DNA of 64,000 bases, taken from Armatimonadota bacterium. Its GTDB lineage: Bacteria; Armatimonadota; UBA5829; DSUL01. Position numbers and translations under genes: made by a program. Location: assembly GCA_039811685.1 (NCBI GenBank), contig JBDHZC010000008.1, forward strand, positions 76,707 to 140,706, read 5' to 3'. Positions 1 to 10,107 of the stretch are shown here, in pieces; position 1 is the stretch's first letter; every line of letters starts with the position of its first letter. Under the pieces are notes generated by a model, which worked only from the letters and a program-made list of their open reading frames with translations, had not been told where the DNA came from and did not search any database.

Positions 1-346
1 CTGTATCCTGCTCAATCAGCCGCTGTCCAAGCGAAAGACAGTTGGCGTCGTTGTGCTGTCTGGCGAGGCGGGCGGCCTCGATATTCCAGCACAGCGCGCA
101 GCGTACACCCTTGACCTTGTTGGCGACCATGGCTTCCCCGTTTCCGGAGCCTCCGAAAACAACAGCGCGCTCACATTCGCCCTTCGCGACGGCTTCCGCA
201 GCAGGGCGCACGTACAGTGGATAATCCGTAGATTCTTCACTGTGTGTCCCGAAGTCCACAGGCTCGTGGCCAAGCTCCACAAGCAGCGCTTTCACCAGCT
301 CCTTGTAACGGTAGCCCGCATGGTCTGAGCCGAGAGCGATTTTCAC
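1..346 (-). CDS. rpiB: Ribose-5-phosphate isomerase B (partial, 3' end runs off the window)
   Basis: Not in the ORF track. Manual translation from GTG at 346 (AGGAGG RBS upstream) gives MKIALGSDHAGYRYKE...DFGT..EESTDYP...GSGNGEAMVANKVKGVRCA...ARQHNDAN, the RpiB/LacAB signature. Directly downstream of gnd. Confidence 0.93.
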   Translation of the reverse strand, partial: MKIALGSDHAGYRYKELVKALLVELGHEPVDFGTHSEESTDYPLYVRPAAEAVAKGECERAVVFGGSGNGEAMVANKVKGVRCALCWNIEAARLARQHNDANCLSLGQRLIEQDT

Positions 347-361
347 AGCCTGTCCTCCTGA

Positions 362-1795
362 CTACGCGGCGCCAACCGGCTCTTCCTCCAGCCACTCCGT
401 GTGGAAGATGCCCTCCTTGTCCACGCGTTTGTAGGTGTGGGCGCCAAAGAAGTCCCGTTGCGCCTGGATCAGATTGGCTGAAAGCCGGGCTCGCCTGTAA
501 GAATCGAAGTACGCCAGAGCGGAACTGAACGCCGGTACCGGAATGCCCAGCCGCGTCGCTTCGCTGATAACCAGCCGCCAGTTGTCCTGCCGCGACTCAA
601 TGCTCTCCCGAAAATACGGAGCCAGCAAGAGATTTGCCAGGTCTTTCTGCTGATCGTAGGCTTCCTTGATACGATCCAGGAAGCGAGCGCGGATGATGCA
701 CCCACCGCGCCACATAAGCGCGATCTCTCCGAAGTTGAGCTCCCAGTCGAACTCTTTGCGCGCTTCGTTCATCAGCGCAAAGCCCTGCGCGTAGGAACAG
801 ATCTTGGAGGCATAGAGCGCATCCCGGATGGCCTCAATGAAGCTCTCCCTGTCGCCCTGATATTTGTCATCCGGTCCGCGAAGAACTTTTGAAGCCGCCA
901 CTCGCTCTTCTTTGACGGCAGAGATGCAGCGGGCAAATACGGCTTCGGTGATGGTGGGAATAGAAATCCCCAGGTCCAGCGCAATCTGAGAAGTCCACTT
1001 ACCCGTGCCTTTCTGACCCGCGGAGTCAAGAATGACGTCCACCATGGGCTTTCCAGTGTCTGGATCTCGCTTGGCGAAGATGCGAGCGGTGATGTCGATG
1101 AGGTAGCTGTCCAGCTCTCCGGCATTCCACTCCGAGAAAATGCTGTGAAGTTCATCCGCTTCCAGACCCAGGGCGTTTGCGAGGATGTAGTAGGCTTCGC
1201 AGATAAGCTGCATGTCCCCATACTCTATGCCGTTGTGAACCATCTTCACGAAATGACCGGCGCCGTCCCGCCCCACCCACTCACAGCAGGCGACACCGCC
1301 CTCGACCTTTGCGGCGATCGCCTGCAGAATCGGCTTGACAGATGGCCAGGCATCCGGGGAGCCTCCCGGCATAATGCTGGGGCCGAAGCGCGCGCCCTCT
1401 TCCCCGCCGGAGACTCCGGTGCCAATGAAGCGAAGCCCTCTAGCCTCCAGCTCCTTCGTGCGCCGGATTGTATCCTTGAAGTAAGAGTTGCCACCGTCAA
1501 TGATGATGTCTCCTGGTTCAAGGTGCGGGATGAGCTGCGCGATAAAATCATCTACAGGCGGTCCGGCTTTCACCATCAGCATGACCTTGCGAGGACGCTC
1601 CAGCAGACCGACAAACTCCTCCAGGCTGTGGGCGCCAACAATGTCTCGCCCTTTTGCCCCGCCCGCAAGAAAGTCGTTGACTTTGTGCACTGTGCGGTTG
1701 TACACAGCGACTTTGTAGCCGTGATCGGACATGTTGAGAACCAGGTTCTCACCCATAACCGCCAGCCCAATCAAACCGATATTCGCATCACCCAT
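362..1795 (-). CDS. gnd: 6-phosphogluconate dehydrogenase, NADP-dependent, decarboxylating
   Basis: [13 protein letters not shown]ossmann start, [44 protein letters not shown]; 477 aa. Confidence 0.98.
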   Translation of the reverse strand: MGDANIGLIGLAVMGENLVLNMSDHGYKVAVYNRTVHKVNDFLAGGAKGRDIVGAHSLEEFVGLLERPRKVMLMVKAGPPVDDFIAQLIPHLEPGDIIIDGGNSYFKDTIRRTKELEARGLRFIGTGVSGGEEGARFGPSIMPGGSPDAWPSVKPILQAIAAKVEGGVACCEWVGRDGAGHFVKMVHNGIEYGDMQLICEAYYILANALGLEADELHSIFSEWNAGELDSYLIDITARIFAKRDPDTGKPMVDVILDSAGQKGTGKWTSQIALDLGISIPTITEAVFARCISAVKEERVAASKVLRGPDDKYQGDRESFIEAIRDALYASKICSYAQGFALMNEARKEFDWELNFGEIALMWRGGCIIRARFLDRIKEAYDQQKDLANLLLAPYFRESIESRQDNWRLVISEATRLGIPVPAFSSALAYFDSYRRARLSANLIQAQRDFFGAHTYKRVDKEGIFHTEWLEEEPVGAA

Positions 1796-2122
1796 ACTCA
1801 GAATCCCTCTCGCGCAGATAGCCTATTGACGTGTGTATTATAGCCGCGGTTGTCCCGTGCTGGTCCGTTTGATCCGTACACTGCAGCGCTTTGCGCCGTC
1901 AAGGTAACTTACCCGTTCCGGACAACGCCCGTGACGGGAGGGCGCGAAAAGCCCGAGGGAATATGAGACCAATCAGGGTGATTGTGTTGTCAGGGCTGTG
2001 GGTAAAGACGACCTGTGCAGGCAGCCTGGATTTCACGGTGACAACAGCTTCTTTGCAGGAATGAGGCCGCGATACTGCACACAGGCCTGACACCGTTTGC
2101 GCTCTTAGAAAGCAGGTTGAGC

Positions 2123-2395
2123 ATGGCTCAGAACAGACCTTGCGAGCATCTCGCTGCAGTGAAGCAAATCCTGCATCCCCGGGAACTCGTGTGTGAAGAG
2201 TGTGTCAAAATTGGCAGCAGTTGGGTGCATTTGCGCACCTGCCAGACGTGCGGTGCGACCCTGTGCTGCGACTCGTCCCCCAATCGCCACGCGAGCGCTC
2301 ACGCGCACGCAAGCGGCCATCCGGTCATTGCCTCAGCCGAGCCGGGAGAGCGCTGGCTTTACTGCTTTCCGGATGAGCAGACAGTCCCGTACTGA
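2123..2395 (+). CDS. Stand-alone UBP-type zinc finger protein
   Basis: CEHL...CEEC...WVHLRTCQTCG...CCDSSPNRHASAH...HPVI.SAEPGERW.YC pattern. ATG at 2123 preferred over TTG at 2117. Confidence 0.85.
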   Translation: MAQNRPCEHLAAVKQILHPRELVCEECVKIGSSWVHLRTCQTCGATLCCDSSPNRHASAHAHASGHPVIASAEPGERWLYCFPDEQTVPY

Positions 2396-2532
2396 CAGAC
2401 GAAAGCCTTCCTCCAGCGCTCTTGCCGCTGTGCCCGTGTTCTGGCTGTGGGCCGAAATGACGCTCCGGGCAGGAGTCCGCAAGCCCCGTTACTAAGAGTC
2501 TTGTAGTCTTGGAAGACTGAAAGGCTCAACTC

Positions 2533-3354
2533 TTGGATCTGTTCACTCTTAAAGGAAAGAACGCGGTGATTCTTGGTGGCGCTGGCGTTCTGGGGGCTGC
2601 GATGGCCCGCGGACTGGCTGAGGCGGGCGCTTCAGTCGCTATTGCCGGACGCGCGCACCAGAAAACCCTCACACTGGCTGAAAAGCTCACCAAAGCAGGA
2701 TTGCAGGCGCGCGGTTATCAGGCGGACACTACGGACGAAGGGCGTCTTCGTGCAGTGCTGGATGAGATACTCAGTGATTTTGGACGAGTTGACGTTCTGG
2801 TTAATGCGGTCGGTGGCAATCAGCCGGGTGCGACAATCGGACCTGAAGCGAGCTTTTTTGACGCATCAGCGGAAGCCTTGCGCCAGGTTGTTGACCTGAA
2901 TGTCTTCGGCGGCGCTGTGCTGCCCTGTATGATTTTCGGCAAGGTCATGGCAGGTAACCTCGATGGCGGGTCAATCATCAACATCTCTTCCATGGCCTCG
3001 TACCGGCCCCTCACGCGCGTCGTCGGCTACGCCGCTTCCAAAGCGGCAGTGAACAACTTTACCCAATGGCTGGCAGTGGAGATGGCGACAAAAGGACATC
3101 CGGAGTTGCGTGTGAACGCAATTGCGCCAGGCTTCTTCCTGACCGAACAAAACCGGTTTCTTCTGACGGATGAGAAGACGGGCGAATTGACTGCGCGGGG
3201 CAGAACTATCCAGCAGCACACTCCGATGGGACGCTTCGGCGAGCCTGAGGAGTTAATTGGCGCAGCGGTCTGGCTGGCTTCTGAAGCTGCGCGCTTTGTA
3301 ACTGGCATCGTCGTTCCGGTTGACGGCGGGTTCTCGGCGTTCAGCGGCGTCTGA
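2533..3354 (+). CDS. SDR family oxidoreductase, D-mannonate oxidoreductase (fructuronate reductase)-like
   Basis: GGAGVLG NAD motif, NAVGGN, SIINISSMASYRPLTRVVGYAASK (YxxxK), APGFFLTEQNR, TPMGRFG, which are typical of SDR-type UxuB. Confidence 0.85.
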   Translation: MDLFTLKGKNAVILGGAGVLGAAMARGLAEAGASVAIAGRAHQKTLTLAEKLTKAGLQARGYQADTTDEGRLRAVLDEILSDFGRVDVLVNAVGGNQPGATIGPEASFFDASAEALRQVVDLNVFGGAVLPCMIFGKVMAGNLDGGSIINISSMASYRPLTRVVGYAASKAAVNNFTQWLAVEMATKGHPELRVNAIAPGFFLTEQNRFLLTDEKTGELTARGRTIQQHTPMGRFGEPEELIGAAVWLASEAARFVTGIVVPVDGGFSAFSGV

Positions 3355-3392
3355 CGCCGGACGACAAGCTCTGGAGTACACAATAACGGACA

Positions 3393-4319
3393 ATGTCTGA
3401 CACTACACTTCCTCTCAGAAATCTCAAGAAAGAACACGAGTATCTGGTGGCCATTGACTCTGACGGCTGCGCGTTTGACACAATGGAGATCAAGCACAAA
3501 GAGTGCTTTATTCCGAACTTCATCAACTACTGGGAGATGCAGGCTGTCTCCAAATTTGCCCGGCAGGCGTGGGAGTTTGTGAATCTGTACTCCAGGTGGC
3601 GCGGAGTGAACCGCTTTCCCGCACTCGTAAAGACTCTGGACTTTTTGTGCGAGCGCGAAGTCGTTCTGGAGCGCGGCGTACGGCGCCCGGAGACAGCGCC
3701 ACTGGAAAAATGGATTGAGACGGAGACGAAGCTCGGCAATCCTGCTCTGGAAAATGCTGTAGCACAGACCCGTGACCACGTTTTGATGAAGACGCTGGAC
3801 TGGTCAAAAGCCGTCAATGAGTCCGTCGAGGAGATCGTGCGCGGTGTACCACCGTTTCCCTACACACGCAAGAGCCTGGAGAAGATTGCGGAGAAGGCGG
3901 ACATCATTGTCTGCTCGGCTACTCCAGGAGAGGCGCTCATCCGTGAATGGGAAGAGCATCAGATACACGAGTATCCCAAAGTCATCGCGGGGCAGGAGAT
4001 GGGTAACAAGAAGGAGATTCTTGAGCTGGCAATCCAGGGGCGATACGATCCGGACAATGTGATTATGATCGGTGACGCACCCGGGGACATGAAGGCGGGG
4101 CGCGCAAATGGCGTCCTCTTTTTCCCGGTGAACCCGAGCGCGGAAAATGAGAGCTGGAGGCGCTTCTACGAAGAAGCCTTTGAGCGCTTTCTGGACGGGG
4201 AGTACGCCGGAGACTACGAAGCCAGTCTGGTGGCTGAGTTTGAGCGTTATCTGCCTGAGACGCCACCCTGGGAAACAGCGTCAGAGCCGGCGTGCGCTAC
4301 TGGTGGCAACCGCGAATGA
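3393..4319 (+). CDS. HAD family hydrolase
   Basis: Motif I IDSDGC (DxD), motif II CSAT, motif IV MIGDAPGD; co-oriented between the SDR and LarA-family genes. Confidence 0.85.
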   Translation: MSDTTLPLRNLKKEHEYLVAIDSDGCAFDTMEIKHKECFIPNFINYWEMQAVSKFARQAWEFVNLYSRWRGVNRFPALVKTLDFLCEREVVLERGVRRPETAPLEKWIETETKLGNPALENAVAQTRDHVLMKTLDWSKAVNESVEEIVRGVPPFPYTRKSLEKIAEKADIIVCSATPGEALIREWEEHQIHEYPKVIAGQEMGNKKEILELAIQGRYDPDNVIMIGDAPGDMKAGRANGVLFFPVNPSAENESWRRFYEEAFERFLDGEYAGDYEASLVAEFERYLPETPPWETASEPACATGGNRE

Positions 4320-4352
4320 GCGGGGAGTTCAGGACAAAGTGGGCGTAAGGGC

Positions 4353-5609
4353 GTGTCCGACGTCATAGGACGAGGGAGCACTGAGAGTGTTCTGACAACT
4401 CGGGACGTGGAACGCGTAATTGCGGATTCACTTGACGTAAACGTGCTCCGGGGCAAACGCGTGTTGATGATCATCCCGGACCACACCCGCACAGCGCCCG
4501 TTGACGTAATGTTCAAGGCCATCTATTCGCGCCTTGCTGAGTGTGTCGCCGCTCTGGATGTGATTGTAGCGCTGGGGACGCACCACGCTTTGAGTATGGA
4601 GCAGATATACCGGCGCGCCGGAATCACAGCCGACGAACACAGGCAGCTCTACACGAAGACGCAGTTTTTCAATCACGAGTGGGATAATCCCAAAGAGTTG
4701 ACGAGTGTGGGCGCTCTTTCGGCTGAAGAGACGGCTGAGCTGACGGAGGGGCGGCTTTCGCGGTCCGTCGAAGTGCGCATTAACAGGAAGGCACTGCAGT
4801 ACGACCATCTGCTGATAGTAGGGCCGGTTTTTCCGCACGAGGTCGTCGGCTTTTCCGGCGGCAACAAATACCTCTTTCCGGGCATTGCTGGAGAAGAGAT
4901 TCTCAACTTCTTCCACTGGCTCGGAGCCCTGATTACAAATCCGGCGGTGATCGGACACAAGTACACGCGCATCAGGGCCGTCGTTGACCGCGCAGCATCG
5001 CTGGTGAGAACGCCTAAAAGTTGCTTTGCGATGGTTGTCCAGGGGCACGGTCTGGCGGGACTTTACTACGGAACTCCTGAAGAAGCATGGTCAGCGGCGG
5101 CTGATCTCTCCGATAAGGTTCACATCTGCTACAAAGCTCACCCTTTCCATACCGTGCTCTCACAAGCCCCTGAGATGTACGACGACATCTGGGTTGGCGG
5201 CAAATGTATGTACAAGCTGGAGCCTGTGGTAGCTGAGGGTGGCACACTGATTATCTACGCCCCTCACATCACCGAGATATCACATACGCATGGAGATTTG
5301 ATCCGGCAGGTTGGCTACCACACCCGCGACTATTTTGTAAAGCAGTGGGACCGCTTCAAGGACTATCCGTGGGGGGTTATCGCACACTCAACACATGTCA
5401 AAGGCATCGGCAGTTACGAAAATGGAGTTGAGAAACCGCGCGTGAATGTGGTGCTGGCGACAGGGATTCCGGAGGCAGTCTGCCGTCAGGTCAATCTGGG
5501 CTATTTGGACCCCGCGTCTATTGCGACAGACGATTACCAGGGGCGCGAAGACGAAGGAATCCTCTATGTCCCAAGAGCCGGAGAGACTCTGTACCGCCTG
5601 CGTCAGTAA
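4353..5609 (+). CDS. LarA-family (nickel-pincer) racemase/epimerase, probable mannonate/gluconate 2-epimerase
   Basis: IIPDHTRT, ALGTH, FPHEVVGFSGGNK, FFHW and GGKCMYK match LarA/DUF2088 active-site segments. The substrate is inferred from gene context only. Confidence 0.8.
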   Translation: MSDVIGRGSTESVLTTRDVERVIADSLDVNVLRGKRVLMIIPDHTRTAPVDVMFKAIYSRLAECVAALDVIVALGTHHALSMEQIYRRAGITADEHRQLYTKTQFFNHEWDNPKELTSVGALSAEETAELTEGRLSRSVEVRINRKALQYDHLLIVGPVFPHEVVGFSGGNKYLFPGIAGEEILNFFHWLGALITNPAVIGHKYTRIRAVVDRAASLVRTPKSCFAMVVQGHGLAGLYYGTPEEAWSAAADLSDKVHICYKAHPFHTVLSQAPEMYDDIWVGGKCMYKLEPVVAEGGTLIIYAPHITEISHTHGDLIRQVGYHTRDYFVKQWDRFKDYPWGVIAHSTHVKGIGSYENGVEKPRVNVVLATGIPEAVCRQVNLGYLDPASIATDDYQGREDEGILYVPRAGETLYRLRQ

Positions 5610-5766
5610 GGCTCTGAAGAGTGTGTGACGCGGTTACTTCGGCTCGCAGGCGCCCGGCAAGTCCAGCTTGGCGGGGACATTACCGGCAGCAATCATCAGG
5701 ACGTTTGTGCGACCTGGTGAGAAAGACCGAAGCATTTTACAGCACGAGATGAGTGGAGGAGTTGGC

Positions 5767-7536
5767 ATGCTACGTTGGTTTTTCGCAGTCTGGCTGTTGC
5801 TGGCATCGTTCGTTCGCATGTCACCCGTATATGGCGAATCCTATGACCGGAAAGGGCTATACGGCGTGGGCCATCCAGCAGGCGGCTATCTTCTTGGAAA
5901 CCCTGCAGACTATGAAGACACGGTCTGGCGGCGCATCGCCGAAGCGGGTGCAACGAGCGTGCGAGTTGCGGCAAGCTGGCGGGAGATCGAGGCGCAGAAA
6001 GGGAAGTATGACTGGTCTGATCTGGAAAAGACGCTCAAGTACTTCAGGAAATATCCGCAACTGCGCCCCTACATTCTGGTTGTGAATACTCCCGGGTGGG
6101 CGCGAGCTGATGGCAAACCTTCTCACCTGCCCCCGACTCCTGCCGCACTGCCAGAGTGGAAAGCGTTCAACAGGGAGCTGGCGCGCAAGTATCGCGGATT
6201 TATCTCTCACTTCGAAGTCTGGAACGAACAGAACGGCTTTGGCTGGGAGGTGCCGCCTTACAACCAGGTGGACAAATATCTCCCCGTTCTTGAAGCTGCT
6301 TACGACGGGCTGAAAGAGGGCAATCCTGAGTGCATGGTGAGCCTCGGCGGGCTGGATGACGCAGCAGGGAACTCGCCTATCTTTACAAAAGGCTGCTACG
6401 ACCTTCGGCTGAAAGACTACGGCAACAGGGTGATGTGGGACGCATTCGGTGATCATCCGTACGGAGATGTCCCCTCCACGATGAGCAAACTGCGTCTGAT
6501 CAAAGGCATTGCCGCAGGGTATGGCGACGGTCCGATTGAGATGTGGCTGACGGAGTACGGGTTCAACACGCGGGATATGTCACTGAAGGAACAGGCGAAG
6601 CAGCTTACAGAGTACATGACTCTGTTGATCACCGACCCTGAGTTCCGCTATGTGACAGAGACAAACTACCTTTGTGTGGCGGATTTTGAAGCCGGTAATC
6701 GCAGCTTCGGGCTGTGCGACGTGAACCTGCGGCCTCGCCCGGCCTTTTATGCCTATCAGCGGCTGCCACGGCCGGGGCAGATCGTCATTTCTGATATCAA
6801 GGCTGAGCCGCTGTCGGCAAATCGTGTGGCGATTATCTGGCAGACGGACGGCGCAGCTACCGGCACAGTAGAATTAGACGGTAAACCGGCTGCACGAACT
6901 TCCAAAGACACCCGACACCGAGCCGTCATTGAGGGGCTGCAGCCGGGATCACGGCACGCCTTTCGAATTCGCTGCAATGCGCCGGGATATCCCGAAGCAG
7001 CAACTCTGGAGTATCCGATTCGCGCCCTTGCTGCGAGCGGACTGCTGAACGGCGGGTTTGAAGAAGGATTTGATGTTGGGATAGCTGGCGGATGGCGCTG
7101 TATCGGAGAGAACCACTGCTGGGACAGCGCGCGGCTCGAAGAAAAACTGAGGCGCGCTCACTCTGGCAAATCCGCTCAGGCTATTGTCGCCCATGGACAG
7201 TGGAACGTCAGGCTGGATGATGCAGTGGCCGCGCAGGCGGCAGTCCAACCGGGCAGTGAGATCTCTTTTAGCGTCTGGACACGCGCCGACAGTGAAGCGA
7301 AAGACACCTCCGTTATCCGGCGAGTGGGAATAGACCCGACAGGCGGGCAGGATCCGGAGTCTGGGAATGTCGTCTGGAGCGAGCCCAGCTCCGAGATGGG
7401 TATCTGGCAGCGGCAGACTGTGACTGTTCAGACGAAAGGAAGCATTGCCACTGTTTTTGCCGCTGCAAACTCAGAGCAGTCCGGAAAGGCGCGCAACGTA
7501 TTCTACGTGGACGACGCCACTCTGAGATCCAGGTAA
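5767..7536 (+). CDS. Secreted GH-A clan glycoside hydrolase (GH39/GH5-like) + FN3-like domain + CBM-like domain
   Basis: Signal peptide after ATG 5767 (GGAGGA RBS); FEVWNEQN acid/base, DHPY, WLTEYG nucleophile; FN3-like I.WQTD...HRAVIEGLQPG; C-terminal NGGFE...GIDPTGG...YVDDA domain. Confidence 0.75.
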   Translation: MLRWFFAVWLLLASFVRMSPVYGESYDRKGLYGVGHPAGGYLLGNPADYEDTVWRRIAEAGATSVRVAASWREIEAQKGKYDWSDLEKTLKYFRKYPQLRPYILVVNTPGWARADGKPSHLPPTPAALPEWKAFNRELARKYRGFISHFEVWNEQNGFGWEVPPYNQVDKYLPVLEAAYDGLKEGNPECMVSLGGLDDAAGNSPIFTKGCYDLRLKDYGNRVMWDAFGDHPYGDVPSTMSKLRLIKGIAAGYGDGPIEMWLTEYGFNTRDMSLKEQAKQLTEYMTLLITDPEFRYVTETNYLCVADFEAGNRSFGLCDVNLRPRPAFYAYQRLPRPGQIVISDIKAEPLSANRVAIIWQTDGAATGTVELDGKPAARTSKDTRHRAVIEGLQPGSRHAFRIRCNAPGYPEAATLEYPIRALAASGLLNGGFEEGFDVGIAGGWRCIGENHCWDSARLEEKLRRAHSGKSAQAIVAHGQWNVRLDDAVAAQAAVQPGSEISFSVWTRADSEAKDTSVIRRVGIDPTGGQDPESGNVVWSEPSSEMGIWQRQTVTVQTKGSIATVFAAANSEQSGKARNVFYVDDATLRSR

Positions 7537-7603
7537 GCTGCGCTGTTTTTCGACTTTGACGCGTTGTAGGGCCGGCGTGAAGGACGATATGGGGTGAGTG
7601 AAC

Positions 7604-9979
7604 TTAGCACTCACCTGGCGCTGAGAGCATCTTGCGAGCCGATTCAATCTGCGCCGGAGTGCCCATGACAATCAACTCATCGCCTTCCCGTAGCTCCATG
7701 GATGGGCTGGGATTGGCGTGGAGGTCTTCGCCCGGGCGCTTGACAGCCAACAAAGTCACCTCACACGCCTCCCACAGGTTCAGATCGCGCAGCGTCTTCC
7801 CCGCGCACGTTGAAGGTCCCGCGACGGTAATCTTGGCCATCTCCGTCTCGAGCCCATCGCTGTGCACAACCAGGTCCAGAAAATCCATTACTTCAGGGCG
7901 GATAACCGCCGCCGCAAGCCGCCGTCCACCCAGAATGTACGGAGAGGTGACCATATCCGCCCCGGCGTGCCGCAGCTTGTCTTCGTTCTCTTTCAGAATA
8001 GAGCGCGCTTCTATGAACAGATTCCTGTTGAGTCCGCGCGCAGTCAGGACGATGAAGACATTCTCTTCGTCGGAGGCTGCCACTGCGATTAGCCCCTTTG
8101 CCCGCTCTATCCCGGCCCGGCGCAAAGTCTCGTCATCTGTCGCCGGACCCTCAATGCGCAGGACATTGCCGTCCCGCAACTTTGGAAGCTGTTCAGGATT
8201 GTCCTCAACTACAACGCACTCGACTCCGTTTGCGGTCAGGTCTTTGACAATCTGCTGTCCCATTCGTCCGTAGCCGCAGATGACATAGTGGTCACGCAGC
8301 GCCTCAATCTGTCTGTCCATAGTTCGCCTCGCTATAGCCTCTTCTTTGTCCATGATAAGGTCGGCCGCCTGAACCGCGGCATCGGCATACGGGTCAAGAA
8401 GCAGGTCTGTGTCTTCATTAACCACTGCCTCCTCACCATTTAGATCGGGCGTTGCGACAGCCGCAAGCCCCGTGAACCCCGTGCTGCGAATACCCTTGAG
8501 AAGATTAGCGTTCTGATCCGCGTCTCGCAGTGAGCTGACCACCCACCGGACGTGGTCCAGATGCAGCGCTCGCGCGAACTCCTGATCTGTCGCATCACCG
8601 TACACCGCATCCCCCCCCCGCTGGCGCCAGGCCACGACCGCCTGCGGGTCGAAGTCCACACCCAGTACCCGCTTACCTCGCGCTTCCAGCTCTGCAGCGA
8701 TACCGCTCCCGTACCGTCCTATTCCGAAGATAACCGTATCGACGCTATCCAAAAGCCGGGTGGCGTCACTGCCCGCGTCTTCGCGGCTGGGCACACGGCG
8801 CTCAAAGACATTCAGATAGCCGGATAGCTTCTCATAGATGCAGTGCGCATTGGAGATCATGTACGTGGAGATGGTGATGGTCACAAGCAGCGACATTGTG
8901 ACGACACCCTCCGCGTCCTTCCCAACGAGCCCCAGCTTTGCGCACAGCGCTATGAGAATCAGGGAGAACTCACTCACCTGCCCAACAGTGATGCCAGTCA
9001 GCAGGCTTGTGCGCTTGCGGTATCCCAGAGCCCCCGTAATCGCCATCACAATCAGCGGGTTGCCAATCAGAACGAACAGCGACAACGGAATCGCCGGTAC
9101 GATTTGCGTTCTCAGCAGTCCAATATCAAGCCTGCTGCCAAGCTCCAGGAAGAAGAAAACGAGCAGAAAGTCTCGCAGGCTACTCAGACGCGCACCTATA
9201 GCCTCGCGATAGGGCGTAGAGGCAAGGGATACCCCTGCAAGAAACGCGCCGATCTCCCGGCTGAACCCGAGCAGCCCAGATGCGGTCGAAAGGCTAAATG
9301 CCCACATAATGCTTGAGAGCACCAGGAGCTCAGGAGTCTTTGCCAGCGTAGGCATCAAGCGCGGCAGCGCCAGAGAAGTCAAAAGCCACACACCCGCGAG
9401 CAGGCCGAAACCCTTGACAAGCACCAGTGCGGTCTGAGTGGCCGGATTGACGTCTTTGCCAGAGAAAGCGGAGATCAGAATCATCGCCAGAATGACAACG
9501 ACGTCCTGCACAATGAGAATACCCAGTGAAAGTCTGCCGTGCAGGGAGTTTGCCTCACCCTTGTCCGACAGCATTTTGACCACGATGATCGTGCTGGAGA
9601 AAGTCAGCGAAACGGCAACGTAGATAGCCGTTTGTAAGGGCATCCCGACAGCCAGCGCCACAGGTATCCCCAGGATCGCCGTCGCCAACACCTGCCCAGC
9701 GCCGGTCGCAAGCGCGACACTACCCATGCTGCGCAGCATGCTGACGTCCAGTTTCAGCCCAACAATGAACAGCAGCAGCGCCAGCCCCATCTCGGCCAAC
9801 GTGTGAATGTGGGTGACAGATCGGATCCAGCCTAGTCCGGAAGGTCCCGCGAGGATTCCGACCGCTATGAACGCGACGATCAGCGGCTGGCGCAGGCGCA
9901 CCGCCGCAACAGCCACGATTGTCGTGACAAACAGCACGGCCGCCAGTTCATCGAATATGTCCGCAAAAGGAAGCGCCAT
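7604..9979 (-). CDS. Kef-type cation:proton antiporter (CPA2) fused to two RCK-N (TrkA-N) domains and one RCK-C domain
   Basis: Multi-TM N-terminus with LLFIVGL, FSSTIIVVK, ILIVQD, GQVSEFS; first RCK-N IFGIGRYG; second RCK-N HYVICGYGRMG; RCK-C GKTLRDL...LREGDELIVMG. Start at MALPF (9979) preferred to 10027. Confidence 0.88.
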   Translation of the reverse strand: MALPFADIFDELAAVLFVTTIVAVAAVRLRQPLIVAFIAVGILAGPSGLGWIRSVTHIHTLAEMGLALLLFIVGLKLDVSMLRSMGSVALATGAGQVLATAILGIPVALAVGMPLQTAIYVAVSLTFSSTIIVVKMLSDKGEANSLHGRLSLGILIVQDVVVILAMILISAFSGKDVNPATQTALVLVKGFGLLAGVWLLTSLALPRLMPTLAKTPELLVLSSIMWAFSLSTASGLLGFSREIGAFLAGVSLASTPYREAIGARLSSLRDFLLVFFFLELGSRLDIGLLRTQIVPAIPLSLFVLIGNPLIVMAITGALGYRKRTSLLTGITVGQVSEFSLILIALCAKLGLVGKDAEGVVTMSLLVTITISTYMISNAHCIYEKLSGYLNVFERRVPSREDAGSDATRLLDSVDTVIFGIGRYGSGIAAELEARGKRVLGVDFDPQAVVAWRQRGGDAVYGDATDQEFARALHLDHVRWVVSSLRDADQNANLLKGIRSTGFTGLAAVATPDLNGEEAVVNEDTDLLLDPYADAAVQAADLIMDKEEAIARRTMDRQIEALRDHYVICGYGRMGQQIVKDLTANGVECVVVEDNPEQLPKLRDGNVLRIEGPATDDETLRRAGIERAKGLIAVAASDEENVFIVLTARGLNRNLFIEARSILKENEDKLRHAGADMVTSPYILGGRRLAAAVIRPEVMDFLDLVVHSDGLETEMAKITVAGPSTCAGKTLRDLNLWEACEVTLLAVKRPGEDLHANPSPSMELREGDELIVMGTPAQIESARKMLSAPGEC

Positions 9980-10107
9980 AGATAGAAGGTCTGAAGACTG
10001 TTCCAATCCTTCCGCCTGGCCTGGCATCGACCAGTGGTGCGCAGGATTGGCAACTTGTGCCTTATTATGGCTGCGGAATCATCCGGGCGGCAGCACTCCG
10101 AGCGTAT

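Noticed and set aside
1963..2064. 33-aa ORF MRPIRVIVLSGLWVKTTCAGSLDFTVTTASLQE upstream of zf-UBP
   Set aside because: Poor RBS spacing and no recognisable features; cannot be supported from sequence alone.
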